A DNA stretch of 64,000 nt from contig JAQUTY010000003.1 in NCBI GenBank assembly GCA_028694155.1, positions 4,178 to 68,177 of the forward strand, read 5' to 3'. The stretch is from Eubacteriales bacterium (lineage in GTDB: Bacteria > Bacillota > Clostridia > Christensenellales > CAG-138). Within the stretch, counting starts at the first letter, position 1; each line of letters begins with the position of its first letter. Shown piece after piece: positions 36,217 through 45,311 of the stretch. Under the pieces are notes generated by a model that saw only the letters and a program-made list of their open reading frames with translations, ran no database searches and was not told the DNA's origin. The translations under genes were made by a program, and so were the position numbers.

Positions 36217-37982
36217 TATTGTATCCTTTTGAACATCTTTTCTATGTCAGTTTTATCCAGCTTGGTAATTATCGGTCTGCCATGCGGACAGGTTAAGGGA
36301 ATGACATTTGCTGAATACTCTTTGAGTAATGCCAAAATTTCTGTCTCTGTTAAGACATCGCCACCTTTTACTGCATGTTTGCAGGCGCATTGAATCATTT
36401 TTTCGTTCAATAGTTCCTTAGGCACATTGTCCTTCTGCTCGGCAATTATTTCAATGCAGTCGAGTAGGTATCTTTCATCAAATATTTTCCCGTTGAGCTG
36501 TGGTACCGACTTGATCTTTATTCTGTTGGATTCGAGTTCCTCCCATACGAAGCCCAAAGCTTCTAATTGTTCTTTTGATGCTTCCAATCGTTCGTAATCG
36601 CTGGGTATCACGGTCATTGTTTTAGGCACTAAAAGATTTTGCGCTGCAAATACCATTGACTTATTGATGATTTTCTCGTACAAGGCACGTTCGTGCGCAG
36701 CGTGCTGATCGACAAAGTACACAGAGTTCTTCCATTCAATCAGCCAGTATGTTGAGAAAATACAACCGACCACCTTAATATCTGAGTCCTCCGTCAGCAA
36801 TGATAATGGAGCAGCATATTGTCGCACTTTGTCTAAAACCTCATAGTAGCCGTCAGAATGCACAGGACTGTATACGGTCTCACGCATGACAGGGTGCGAA
36901 CCATTAAAAGTACTCTTTGAAATTTCAACTTGTTCTTGAACCTGTGTTGGCTGATAGTTTGTCGTATTAGGAGTAGAAATGAATACAGAAGTATTCAGGT
37001 TTGCAAGAGCATTCGCGCAAGCAGAGTAAATGCAGCTATTGACACGAGCTTCATCAGTAAAACGCACTTCAATCTTTGCAGGATGCACATTGACGTCAAC
37101 CTCTTGACAGGCAATCGTAATCTTTAGTATTGCAAAGGGGAATCTGCCGATGGTGAGCTTGGTTTCATATGCTCTAGAGAGAGTAAACGAAATTGCGGAC
37201 GATTTAATGTATCTGCCATTTACAAAAATCGACTGGTAGGTGCGGTTGGATTTTGATATTTCTGCATTGCCGACATATCCACCGATCTTGACATATCCAT
37301 TATCGAAGTCGATTGGCAACAGATTATCAGCAATATCCGAGCCATATACTGAATAGACGACGCTCATTAAATTTCCATCGCCAGTCGTTTGATACACCGT
37401 TTTACCATTGGATATGTATCTAAACTCAATCTCTGGGTGCGCCATCATCACTCTGGACATATAATCGCCAATGTAGCCTGCTTCCGTGCGCGGTGACTTC
37501 ATAAACTTTAATCTTGCAGGTATATTCAGAAATAGGTTGCCAACACGCAACGATGTTCCAATGTTGCAGACGGTATCCTCGATTGGTTCCAATACTCCCA
37601 TATTTACGGACAGCTTTGTCCCACATTCCTCGCCAACAACCTTTGTTATAAGAGTAACCTCCGCCACCGAAGCAATTGAAGCTAAAGCCTCACCACGAAA
37701 GCCAAGAGTCTTGATGCTGTATAGATCACCTGCATTGGATATTTTGCTCGTTGCGTGGCGCAAAAAAGCAGCTATGCAGTCATCACGCTGTATTCCGCTG
37801 CCATTATCGGCAACAAGTATTGAGGTCATTCCGCCATCCTCAATCTCAACTGATATTACAGTTGAACCGGCATCGATTGAATTTTCGACTAATTCCTTGA
37901 CAACGGAGGCAGGACGCTCAACAACCTCGCCTGCGGCTATTTGATTAGCAACATGTTGCGATAATACTAGTATCTTTGGCAT
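36216..37982 (-). CDS. mutL: DNA mismatch repair protein MutL
   Basis: GHKL ATPase N-terminus IAAGEVVERPASVVKELVENSIDAG and DNGSGI. C-terminal endonuclease-type domain with DQHAAHER. Confidence 0.95.
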   Translation of the reverse strand: MPKILVLSQHVANQIAAGEVVERPASVVKELVENSIDAGSTVISVEIEDGGMTSILVADNGSGIQRDDCIAAFLRHATSKISNAGDLYSIKTLGFRGEALASIASVAEVTLITKVVGEECGTKLSVNMGVLEPIEDTVCNIGTSLRVGNLFLNIPARLKFMKSPRTEAGYIGDYMSRVMMAHPEIEFRYISNGKTVYQTTGDGNLMSVVYSVYGSDIADNLLPIDFDNGYVKIGGYVGNAEISKSNRTYQSIFVNGRYIKSSAISFTLSRAYETKLTIGRFPFAILKITIACQEVDVNVHPAKIEVRFTDEARVNSCIYSACANALANLNTSVFISTPNTTNYQPTQVQEQVEISKSTFNGSHPVMRETVYSPVHSDGYYEVLDKVRQYAAPLSLLTEDSDIKVVGCIFSTYWLIEWKNSVYFVDQHAAHERALYEKIINKSMVFAAQNLLVPKTMTVIPSDYERLEASKEQLEALGFVWEELESNRIKIKSVPQLNGKIFDERYLLDCIEIIAEQKDNVPKELLNEKMIQCACKHAVKGGDVLTETEILALLKEYSANVIPLTCPHGRPIITKLDKTDIEKMFKRIQ

Positions 37983-37991
37983 CGCTCTCCC

Positions 37992-40586
37992 CTATCTTCT
38001 CAATGATTCATTGTAGTCATACAGTTTTTTGAGCGCATCCATAGGCGTCATTGCGTTTGGATCGCTGTTGCGAATATCGTCAAGAACTGTTTTCTCGGTC
38101 GTTGAAATCTGCGGTTTCTGCTCATGCGACGAGTGACTGTCACCCTGATAAAGAATATCGGAATGTTCAAGCTCTGCCAATATCTCTTTTGACCTTTCTA
38201 CAACTGAGGTAGGCAATCCTGCCATTTTTGCCACCTGAATGCCAAAGCTCTTGTCACCGCTTCCACGAACAATTTTGCGTAAAAATAGAATTTCATCACC
38301 GATCTCTTTTACGGTAATGCGATAATTTTTCACGCCATCGAGCTTGCCCTCAAGCTCGCTCAACTCGTGATAATGTGTGGCAAAGAGAGTTTTTGCGCCA
38401 CATAGAATAGGATTTGCAATATGCTCAAGCACAGACCATGCAATACTTAGTCCGTCAAAAGTACTTGTGCCACGACCTATCTCATCAAGAATCAGCAGGC
38501 TCTTATTTGTTGCGTTATTTATGATATTGGCCATCTCGCTCATCTCTACCATAAATGTGCTTTGACCTCCCGACAGATCATCGCTCGCACCGATTCTTGT
38601 GAAAATTCTGTCCACAATGCTGATACTTGCTTCCGATGCAGGTACAAATGAACCAATATGTGCCATGAGCGTAATTAGTGCGACTTGACGCATATAGGTG
38701 CTCTTTCCTGCCATATTGGGGCCGGTAATAATCAGCAATCTGTTGTCATGCAAATCCAATGTGACGTCATTGGGGATAAACGCTTCTTTCATGCAGCTTT
38801 CCACCAAGGGATGTCGTCCGTTGGTTATCGTGATTGCATCATCGTTGGTAATCTTTGGACGAACATAATTCTTTCCATGCGCAACATCCGCCAAAGATTG
38901 ATAGCAATCAAGCTCGGCGATAAGAACAGCATTTAGCTGTATTCGTTCAGAACACGAAAGAAGTACGTTTTTGATATCAGCGTATAGTCTTGCCTCAAGT
39001 TCTATCAGCTTATCATGCGCTGTCAAAATCTTTTCTTCCAGCTCTTTTAGCTGAGGCGTAATGTATCTTTCAGCGTTTGCAAGGGTTTGCTTGCGCTCGT
39101 AGTAATACGGAACTTGCTGCTTGTTTGCTTTGGATATTTCTATGTAATAGCCAAATACCCTGTTATATCCTATTCTCAGGTTTTTGATCCCGGTAGTGTC
39201 ACGCTCATCTGCTTCCAGCTTGTCAAGCCAGCTCTTGCTTTGCGCCCGTATGTTTCTAAGCTCATCAACATTGGAATTATAACCATCGCGAATATAACCG
39301 CCATCCTTCTGTACGGCAGGCGAATCAGTTGCAATAGCAGCTTCAAGCATTGACGAAATATCCTCCATTGGGTCAAGCCGAAAAGAAGCATCGCAAAGCG
39401 CCGCTGCCTGCTCGTCCTGCAGGAGCATCTGTATCGGTAGAATATGTTTTAAGCTTTCCGTAAGTGCAATGCAATCACGAGGGGTTACCGTCTGATAGGC
39501 AATGCGACTTGAAAGACGTTCTATGTCATACATGCTTTCAAGATTCTCTCGGACTCTTTTTCTGAGTTGGAAATTATCAAAAAAAGTGTCAACTGCATCT
39601 TGGCGTCGCATGATCTGTTCATAGCTCTGCAACGGACAATCTATCCAACTTCTCAGCATTCTACCTCCCATAGCGGTGCAAGTATGGTTCAACAAGCTAA
39701 AGAGCGTGAATTTTGTATTTCCACCGTAACGAATTGGAGCAGTTAACTCCAAATTTCTGCGAGTTACGGGATCAAGCTGCATAAACGCAGATCTATTGAT
39801 AAGCTTGAGATTGTGTATATGCGAGAGTGCGTTCTTTTGGGTGTCCTCGAGATAACGCATCAATGCACCTGATGCAGCTATTGCCAAATCCAGTCCACCC
39901 AACCCAAATCCATCAAGAGAAGCGACCTTAAAGTGCTTTGTAAGCCTGTCCTTAGCGTTTGCACAAGAAAAATACGCATTAGGTACTTTTTCAAGATAGC
40001 AAGCAGACATAAGTCGGTTTCTGAAGTTCTGATCTGCATAAGTATTTTCATCAAGAATCATCTCGGTTGGAGCAATACGACTAAACTCATCAAAGACTAC
40101 ATATTCAGCACAAGTGCTGTTGATCTGATAGGTGCAAAACTCTCCCGTTGACACGTCCGCATAAGCAATGCCCAACCCTTGCTTTACAAGAATCATTGCC
40201 ATAATATAGTTGTTTTTAGACTTATCAAGCATCTTTTCTTCAATGACCGTCCCCGGTGTGATTACACGAGTGACTGCACGCTCAACAAGCCCTTTTGCAA
40301 GTGCAGGATCCTCCATCTGTTCGCAGATGGCAATTTTATGCCCATTGGCAACCAGCTTAGTAATATATGTGTCAACAGAATGATATGGAACGCCACACAT
40401 AGGCGCACGCTCATCCAATCCGCAGTCTCTGCCCGTTAGTACAAGCTCCAGTTCCTTAGATGCTGTAACGGCATCGTCGAAAAACATTTCATAAAAGTCG
40501 CCCAGTCGATAAAACAACAGGCAGTCAGAATACCGTTGCTTGACTTCCATATACTGCTGCATCATCGGGGTCAGGGTTCCGATCAT
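37992..40586 (-). CDS. mutS: DNA mismatch repair protein MutS
   Basis: MTPMMQQY, GDFYEMF, Walker A GPNMAGKST, STFMVEM and DEIGRGTST. Confidence 0.97.
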   Translation of the reverse strand: MIGTLTPMMQQYMEVKQRYSDCLLFYRLGDFYEMFFDDAVTASKELELVLTGRDCGLDERAPMCGVPYHSVDTYITKLVANGHKIAICEQMEDPALAKGLVERAVTRVITPGTVIEEKMLDKSKNNYIMAMILVKQGLGIAYADVSTGEFCTYQINSTCAEYVVFDEFSRIAPTEMILDENTYADQNFRNRLMSACYLEKVPNAYFSCANAKDRLTKHFKVASLDGFGLGGLDLAIAASGALMRYLEDTQKNALSHIHNLKLINRSAFMQLDPVTRRNLELTAPIRYGGNTKFTLFSLLNHTCTAMGGRMLRSWIDCPLQSYEQIMRRQDAVDTFFDNFQLRKRVRENLESMYDIERLSSRIAYQTVTPRDCIALTESLKHILPIQMLLQDEQAAALCDASFRLDPMEDISSMLEAAIATDSPAVQKDGGYIRDGYNSNVDELRNIRAQSKSWLDKLEADERDTTGIKNLRIGYNRVFGYYIEISKANKQQVPYYYERKQTLANAERYITPQLKELEEKILTAHDKLIELEARLYADIKNVLLSCSERIQLNAVLIAELDCYQSLADVAHGKNYVRPKITNDDAITITNGRHPLVESCMKEAFIPNDVTLDLHDNRLLIITGPNMAGKSTYMRQVALITLMAHIGSFVPASEASISIVDRIFTRIGASDDLSGGQSTFMVEMSEMANIINNATNKSLLILDEIGRGTSTFDGLSIAWSVLEHIANPILCGAKTLFATHYHELSELEGKLDGVKNYRITVKEIGDEILFLRKIVRGSGDKSFGIQVAKMAGLPTSVVERSKEILAELEHSDILYQGDSHSSHEQKPQISTTEKTVLDDIRNSDPNAMTPMDALKKLYDYNESLRR

Positions 40587-40918
40587 TTTTCACCTCTAGA
40601 GTTACATTCTTTCGTGCAAGTTGAACAATCACACTCACACGCATACGTTTGGAGCTTTGCAAAAGCATTTTGAAGGTTGCAATAAGCTGGATTTTTGCGA
40701 ATCTCGTTGCCCAAATACTCAATATCATTTGTAAGGCTAATGGCTACTTGTGCATCATAGTTCTCATCCTGCATGAGCTTTGTCAGCTTATCAACAGAAT
40801 TGTCATATTCCTTGAGCATTGAGCAAAGCCCTGTATCCGCCTCCATATCTTTTCTGGCGTCCATATAGGCATGAAAATCGCGCACATAGTCGTCCTTTTT
40901 ACCTAGAGCTTGTGTCAT
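40583..40918 (-). CDS. YlbF/YmcA-like protein with C-terminal Cys cluster
   Basis: The position between miaB and mutS is the same as ymcA (ricA) in Bacillus. Helical and acidic. Tail YACECDCSTCTKEC. Family assignment rests on synteny and composition only. Confidence 0.55.
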   Translation of the reverse strand: MTQALGKKDDYVRDFHAYMDARKDMEADTGLCSMLKEYDNSVDKLTKLMQDENYDAQVAISLTNDIEYLGNEIRKNPAYCNLQNAFAKLQTYACECDCSTCTKECNSRGEK

Positions 40919-42291
40919 ACTATCTCTCCTATCAATGAGTTTTTCTTGCAGGCCGTGATTCTTACATTTACATACTTGCCGACCAAATCTGGATCGCCCC
41001 TAAAGTAAACCATCTTAAAGTTTGATAGCTTACCAAAGACTGTACACGTCTCACGCTGATCATAGCCTTCTACAAGCACCTCTCCAATATGGTCAATGTA
41101 TTTCATATTGTCTGTCACAGTCATTTCGGCTTGCAGGTCGTTTAATCTTTTAAGCCTCAACTTCTTTTCCGCTTCATCAACCTGCTCCTCCATCGTGGCA
41201 GCCTTTGTGCCTTGTCTCTTGGAATACTTGAAAGTAAATGCAGCCGAATAGCCAACCTCTTTTATTAGCGACAGTGTCTGCAAAAAATCATCCTCTGTTT
41301 CCCCGGGAAATCCCACAATCACATCGGTAGTGAGTTCAAAATCGTGAGAAACGGATCGAAGTTTATGAACTATATCGAGATACTGCTCACGAGTATACTT
41401 GCGGTTCATCGCTTTAAGTATTCTGTCGCTGCCGGATTGAACGGGTAGATGCACATGGTGACATACCTTCGGATTGTTTCTTATTGCATCAATTACTGCA
41501 TCGGACAAGTCCTTTGGATGCGAGGACATGAAACGAATGCGTTTTAGTCCTTCAATCTGATTAAGCACGGTTAGTAATTCAGCAAAGCTAGAAGAGCGAG
41601 TATCATTTCCATAAGAATTGACATTCTGACCCAATAGAGTTATCTCCGTATAGCCCTTTGAAACGAGCTGTTCAATCTCGTTTACGATGGCGTCAACAGA
41701 CCTTGAACGTTCTCTTCCCCGAACATATGGTACTATGCAGTAAGAGCAAAAGTTGTTGCACCCATACATGATGTTGACATAAGCCGAGGTGGATACATCT
41801 CGAACCGATGGCAAGCCTTCAACGACCGTTACATCATTGTTGCTGAGCAGACACACCCTGTCGCCCTCTAAAACGTGTTTTATCATCTCTGGGAGGCGAT
41901 GAAGTACATTTGTCCCAAATACTAAATCAACAAATGGGAACCGCCTTTGAAGCTTCTTTGCAACATTATCCTGTTCCATCATACAGCCGCACACACCAAT
42001 AATCATTGACGGATGAGCTTCTTTGGCTTCTTTCAACGCTCCGATATTTCCAAACACACGCTTCTCCGCATGGTCACGAATACAGCAGGTATTAAAAAGA
42101 ATGAGATCTGATTCATTCTTATTATCTGCGAGCGTATATCCGCAGCTTTGAAGCAGTCCGCCTATCGTTTCGCTATCGCGAACGTTCATTTGACAGCCAT
42201 ATGTTTCTATATAGTATTTTTTGCCCAATGGTTCAAGCTCGGCTTTCAGCTCACTTGCCACACTGAAAAACTCGTTTGCGTTTTCGGTCAT
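40915..42291 (-). CDS. miaB: tRNA-i6A37 methylthiotransferase MiaB (radical SAM)
   Basis: YIETYGCQMN UPF0004 domain, radical SAM CNNFCSYC, C-terminal TRAM domain. Start at ATG 42291, 6 nt after GAGGAG. Confidence 0.93.
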   Translation of the reverse strand: MTENANEFFSVASELKAELEPLGKKYYIETYGCQMNVRDSETIGGLLQSCGYTLADNKNESDLILFNTCCIRDHAEKRVFGNIGALKEAKEAHPSMIIGVCGCMMEQDNVAKKLQRRFPFVDLVFGTNVLHRLPEMIKHVLEGDRVCLLSNNDVTVVEGLPSVRDVSTSAYVNIMYGCNNFCSYCIVPYVRGRERSRSVDAIVNEIEQLVSKGYTEITLLGQNVNSYGNDTRSSSFAELLTVLNQIEGLKRIRFMSSHPKDLSDAVIDAIRNNPKVCHHVHLPVQSGSDRILKAMNRKYTREQYLDIVHKLRSVSHDFELTTDVIVGFPGETEDDFLQTLSLIKEVGYSAAFTFKYSKRQGTKAATMEEQVDEAEKKLRLKRLNDLQAEMTVTDNMKYIDHIGEVLVEGYDQRETCTVFGKLSNFKMVYFRGDPDLVGKYVNVRITACKKNSLIGEIV

Positions 42292-42318
42292 GTTCATCTC
42301 CTCATAATAAATCATTCT

Positions 42319-42347
42319 ATTATACAACATAACTCATATTTCAACAA
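42319..42347 (-). promoter_or_regulatory. sigma-A promoter of the miaB operon
   Basis: Minus strand TTGTTG (42347-42342), 17 nt, TGtTATAAT (extended -10, hexamer 42324-42319). Confidence 0.65.
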
Positions 42348-42393
42348 GAGCTATGAATCAATATAAAATAAAAATCTGACGATTCTTATGCAA

Positions 42394-42426
42394 AATCCAC
42401 GAGGAATTTTTCTTCCCTCGTGGATT
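42394..42426 (-). terminator. strong hairpin terminator (possibly bidirectional)
   Basis: AATCCACGAGG 42394-42404 pairs with CCTCGTGGATT 42416-42426 (11 bp). A TTTT tail on the minus strand and CATTTTATT on the plus strand. Confidence 0.65.
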
Positions 42427-42712
42427 CATTTTATTCACTGACCCACAGAATACCTGGGTCCTATAGTGCGGGGCCAGGATACGGACGAATAGCTGCCTTC
42501 ATACATAGGCAGAGTGGGCCAAAGCTCTGCGTCGCTGCCCAAACAGTAATTGTAGTGTCATTGCGTATTCTGAACCTTACTTTATACTGATACTAGGAAA
42601 CATAATTCTGTATGAATAAATTAATTCATATCGAATCCAATGAGTTCGTGTGTTTTGATGTACGTAATTAATATATACCATTCTCCATCATATTTGATAA
42701 CGTCATAATGGG

Positions 42713-43186
42713 CTATTTCACAATCTCTAATCCACTCTGCAGGCACACATTGACGTATGCAGTATATATATACCATGCTCCATCATATTTGATAACGTCA
42801 TATTCGTTCATCCCCAAATCCCAATCCCTATCCCAATAATACGCATCCCAATAATCCATGCTCGAAAAGCCTTCTCGATCGAAATACTTTGGCACAGTCA
42901 CGCATAACACAGAATAAGCATCTTCAAGTTTTCGACTATTGAGCTGACTATTCTCGCAACGGGAAGCAAGGCTTACAAGTTCCTCAGGGTTATATCTGAC
43001 AGCGTCAAGAACAGTAATTTCTAATTCATAATCCGCCTTTGATTGTTTCCACCTGGCTTCCTCAAGATAGTTATTTTCAAAAAGAGTCCAAAAGTCTCCT
43101 TCCCCGTCCATATCATACAATTCCAGTTCTTCAACAACATCACCCGGAACGAGTTTCATTGCGTATTCGAGGTCGTATGTGTTCAA
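42713..43186 (-). CDS. hypothetical acidic cytoplasmic protein (157 aa)
   Basis: ORF with no signal peptide and no recognisable family. Its last 12 to 13 conserved codons are repeated just downstream. Confidence 0.6.
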   Translation of the reverse strand: MNTYDLEYAMKLVPGDVVEELELYDMDGEGDFWTLFENNYLEEARWKQSKADYELEITVLDAVRYNPEELVSLASRCENSQLNSRKLEDAYSVLCVTVPKYFDREGFSSMDYWDAYYWDRDWDLGMNEYDVIKYDGAWYIYTAYVNVCLQSGLEIVK

Positions 43187-43222
43187 GTACTTCTCATAGT
43201 TCTTGATTGCCCCCTGATATCC

Positions 43223-43501
43223 CTAACTGCCGCAAATGAAACAAAGCAGAATGATGAGAACAATGACACCGGCTACAGCCGCACCAGAAATCAAACACAT
43301 TTTCTTGGATAATCTACTGGACTTGCGTACTTTTCTTTGGCGCACTCCCGAATGTTGCGATAAATAGTAATCTTGCCGAGCATTGTAGTCGCTCTGTTGC
43401 AACGGCAGCGCAGAATCATTTCTGGCACCACAATTTTGACAAAATCGATTGCCGTTCAAATTGGCACCGCAGTAAATACAAAACGTCTTTCTCTTTTCCA
43501 T
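43223..43501 (-). CDS. zinc-ribbon / C-terminal TM-anchored small protein
   Basis: FCIYCGANLNGNRFCQNCG zinc ribbon. C-terminal TM helix ISGAAVAGVIVLIILLCFI. Confidence 0.65.
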   Translation of the reverse strand: MEKRKTFCIYCGANLNGNRFCQNCGARNDSALPLQQSDYNARQDYYLSQHSGVRQRKVRKSSRLSKKMCLISGAAVAGVIVLIILLCFICGS

Positions 43502-43507
43502 ATTCTC

Positions 43508-44788
43508 TTATCCTAACTTTTTATATAGTTGTACGTTTGATAGATAGGGATAATACTGCCACACTACTCCCTTAATAATCTCAATTCGCATTTCAGTTAC
43601 CCCTGATAATTCGGCAGAGAACTTGATAGGGAGAATGCCCTTGCCTAACATAATAGATTCATACAGGAGAATTCCATCGCCATATATCTTAATCTGTCCT
43701 ATATCTTCATAGTTTTTCAATGATTCACTTACAAATGCCGTGCCAGAAATCATGTCATACTTCCCATCAATCAAGTAAACAAAGGTTACGGGTCGATAGC
43801 CATCTGACACTTCATAGTATTCATTATGAATGTCTCCCCGGTTGTCACTAATTTGTTTCTGTCTATATCTTAAATCGCGACCTCCTTCTTGGTAAAACGT
43901 GGTAAGTTCGTATAGCTCGGTGGGCTTGCAAGTCATATATTCAGCCTTCGCCTTGTCAAGTTCGATATTGTTGGGCAAGTCCACAATGGCTGCATTGATT
44001 ATTGCAATTGCTCCTGCAAAGTCGTACCCGTTATTGTAACATTGCTTCGCTGAGTCGAGTACGTATATAACATATTTCTCCTCACAATCAGCCCTCTTTG
44101 TCAGCAGGGTTTCATTTCCGGTATGCTTGGACAGTGCATCCGACAGTATATTCAACGCTGTTTTATAGTCATTTTCCAAGATTTTATCATCAACCTCAGT
44201 TACTATAGCGAGTATTTCCTTGCTCTTTTCGTATTCTTGATATGCAGAAATAAGACTGTCCAGTTCAGTTGTTCCATCAAAATCATCCTTGCAGGTTTTG
44301 AGAATTGCTACAGCCCCCTGATATTCTCCCCTGGAGACTAAATCAGCCGCTTCATTCTTCACTTTTTCTATGTGGTACCCCTTGGCTTGGTTTCTCCGCT
44401 CTTGGGAATTAGCATAGAAAGTATCCGCAGAATATATCTGTCCAAACAGCTTATACGCCAATAAAAAATTACCTTCCGACATACACTGTTCAGCCTGTGC
44501 ATATGCAGATTTTGATTCGCTTATAAGTGCTAGATCGTCGCGGGCTCCATCCACAATTTGATATGTCTGAGGGTTTTCATTCCCAACTTTCTCAATTCTT
44601 CTCGACGCTTCGTCTACCCCATATATTCCGTTGTTATAATCCTCTATAATGTTATCAAGAATAAGTTGGACTTCAGCCGACTGATCCACCACATCTACAT
44701 TGTTCTCATCAGGATTACATCCAAAAGTGAATAGGCATGCAATACACACGAGCATTGATATACCTATGCCTGATACTTTTCTCTTCAT
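43508..44788 (-). CDS. lipoprotein with helical-repeat (TPR-like) region and C-terminal beta-sandwich (NPCBM-like) domain
   Basis: AGGAGG 7 nt upstream of ATG 44788. Lipobox LFTFGC. Domain assignment is tentative. The track ORF start 44944 was trimmed. Confidence 0.65.
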   Translation of the reverse strand: MKRKVSGIGISMLVCIACLFTFGCNPDENNVDVVDQSAEVQLILDNIIEDYNNGIYGVDEASRRIEKVGNENPQTYQIVDGARDDLALISESKSAYAQAEQCMSEGNFLLAYKLFGQIYSADTFYANSQERRNQAKGYHIEKVKNEAADLVSRGEYQGAVAILKTCKDDFDGTTELDSLISAYQEYEKSKEILAIVTEVDDKILENDYKTALNILSDALSKHTGNETLLTKRADCEEKYVIYVLDSAKQCYNNGYDFAGAIAIINAAIVDLPNNIELDKAKAEYMTCKPTELYELTTFYQEGGRDLRYRQKQISDNRGDIHNEYYEVSDGYRPVTFVYLIDGKYDMISGTAFVSESLKNYEDIGQIKIYGDGILLYESIMLGKGILPIKFSAELSGVTEMRIEIIKGVVWQYYPYLSNVQLYKKLG

Positions 44789-44872
44789 AATTATTCCTCC
44801 TACGTCCAATTTTGTGTCCCAACAGATACATCTATCCTCAATAATACATTTGTTGAATAAAGGATATAGAAC

Positions 44873-44901
44873 ATTATACTCAATATCTTGAGTATTGTCA
44901 A
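44873..44901 (-). promoter_or_regulatory. consensus sigma-A promoter for the lipoprotein cassette
   Basis: Minus strand TTGACA (44901-44896), 17 nt, TATAAT (44878-44873). Confidence 0.7.
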
Positions 44902-45311
44902 TATGTTGATTGATGAAGTGTGAGGGCGGTTGTGTCAGTGTCAATCATTGGAGTCACTACTACTCCTTGTGCGTCTTTTCGTATGTCAGCATCCGTTGAC
45001 AATAGTGCGCTTCTGTGGTATTATGTCTCTGCAAGAGTTTGTCCCTCCTTGGTTATTTGGTTGGCAAGTCAATTATACCATACCGGGGACTTTCTCTTGC
45101 TCTTTTTTGTTACCTATGTATTGTATCCTAACATATGAATCAATATAAAATTAAAATCCCAAAACTATCGTCTTGGGACTCATCTTGGCAAGTAACACAA
45201 GTTTGATACCAACTTCACCCGCCAGTGGCTTTTCCGTTTGCTTCGTTTGCCGAGTTCACGCACTTTATAATTGACATCTCCACAAACTGGAATTTGTCAA
45301 GAAAAACAGGG

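Noticed and set aside
42420-42593. 57-codon GTG-initiated plus-strand ORF through the GC-rich element, and minus-strand reading frames of 20 to 40 codons.
   Set aside because: No RBS, the start lies inside the terminator stem, and there is no recognisable similarity. The open frames are probably a by-product of elevated GC.
44960-45034. 24-codon minus-strand sORF (TTG start, AAGGAGGG 8 nt upstream, TGgTATAAT-type -10 at 45072-45077) upstream of the lipoprotein cassette.
   Set aside because: Non-ATG start, tiny size, weak -35 and no way to test conservation here. The consensus promoter at 44873-44901 already explains cassette expression.
44920-45148. Two overlapping 72-codon plus-strand track ORFs in the cassette upstream region.
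   Set aside because: They lie antisense to promoter and leader sequence, lack an RBS and have low-complexity composition. Their shared YESI ending merely reflects the 25-bp direct repeat.
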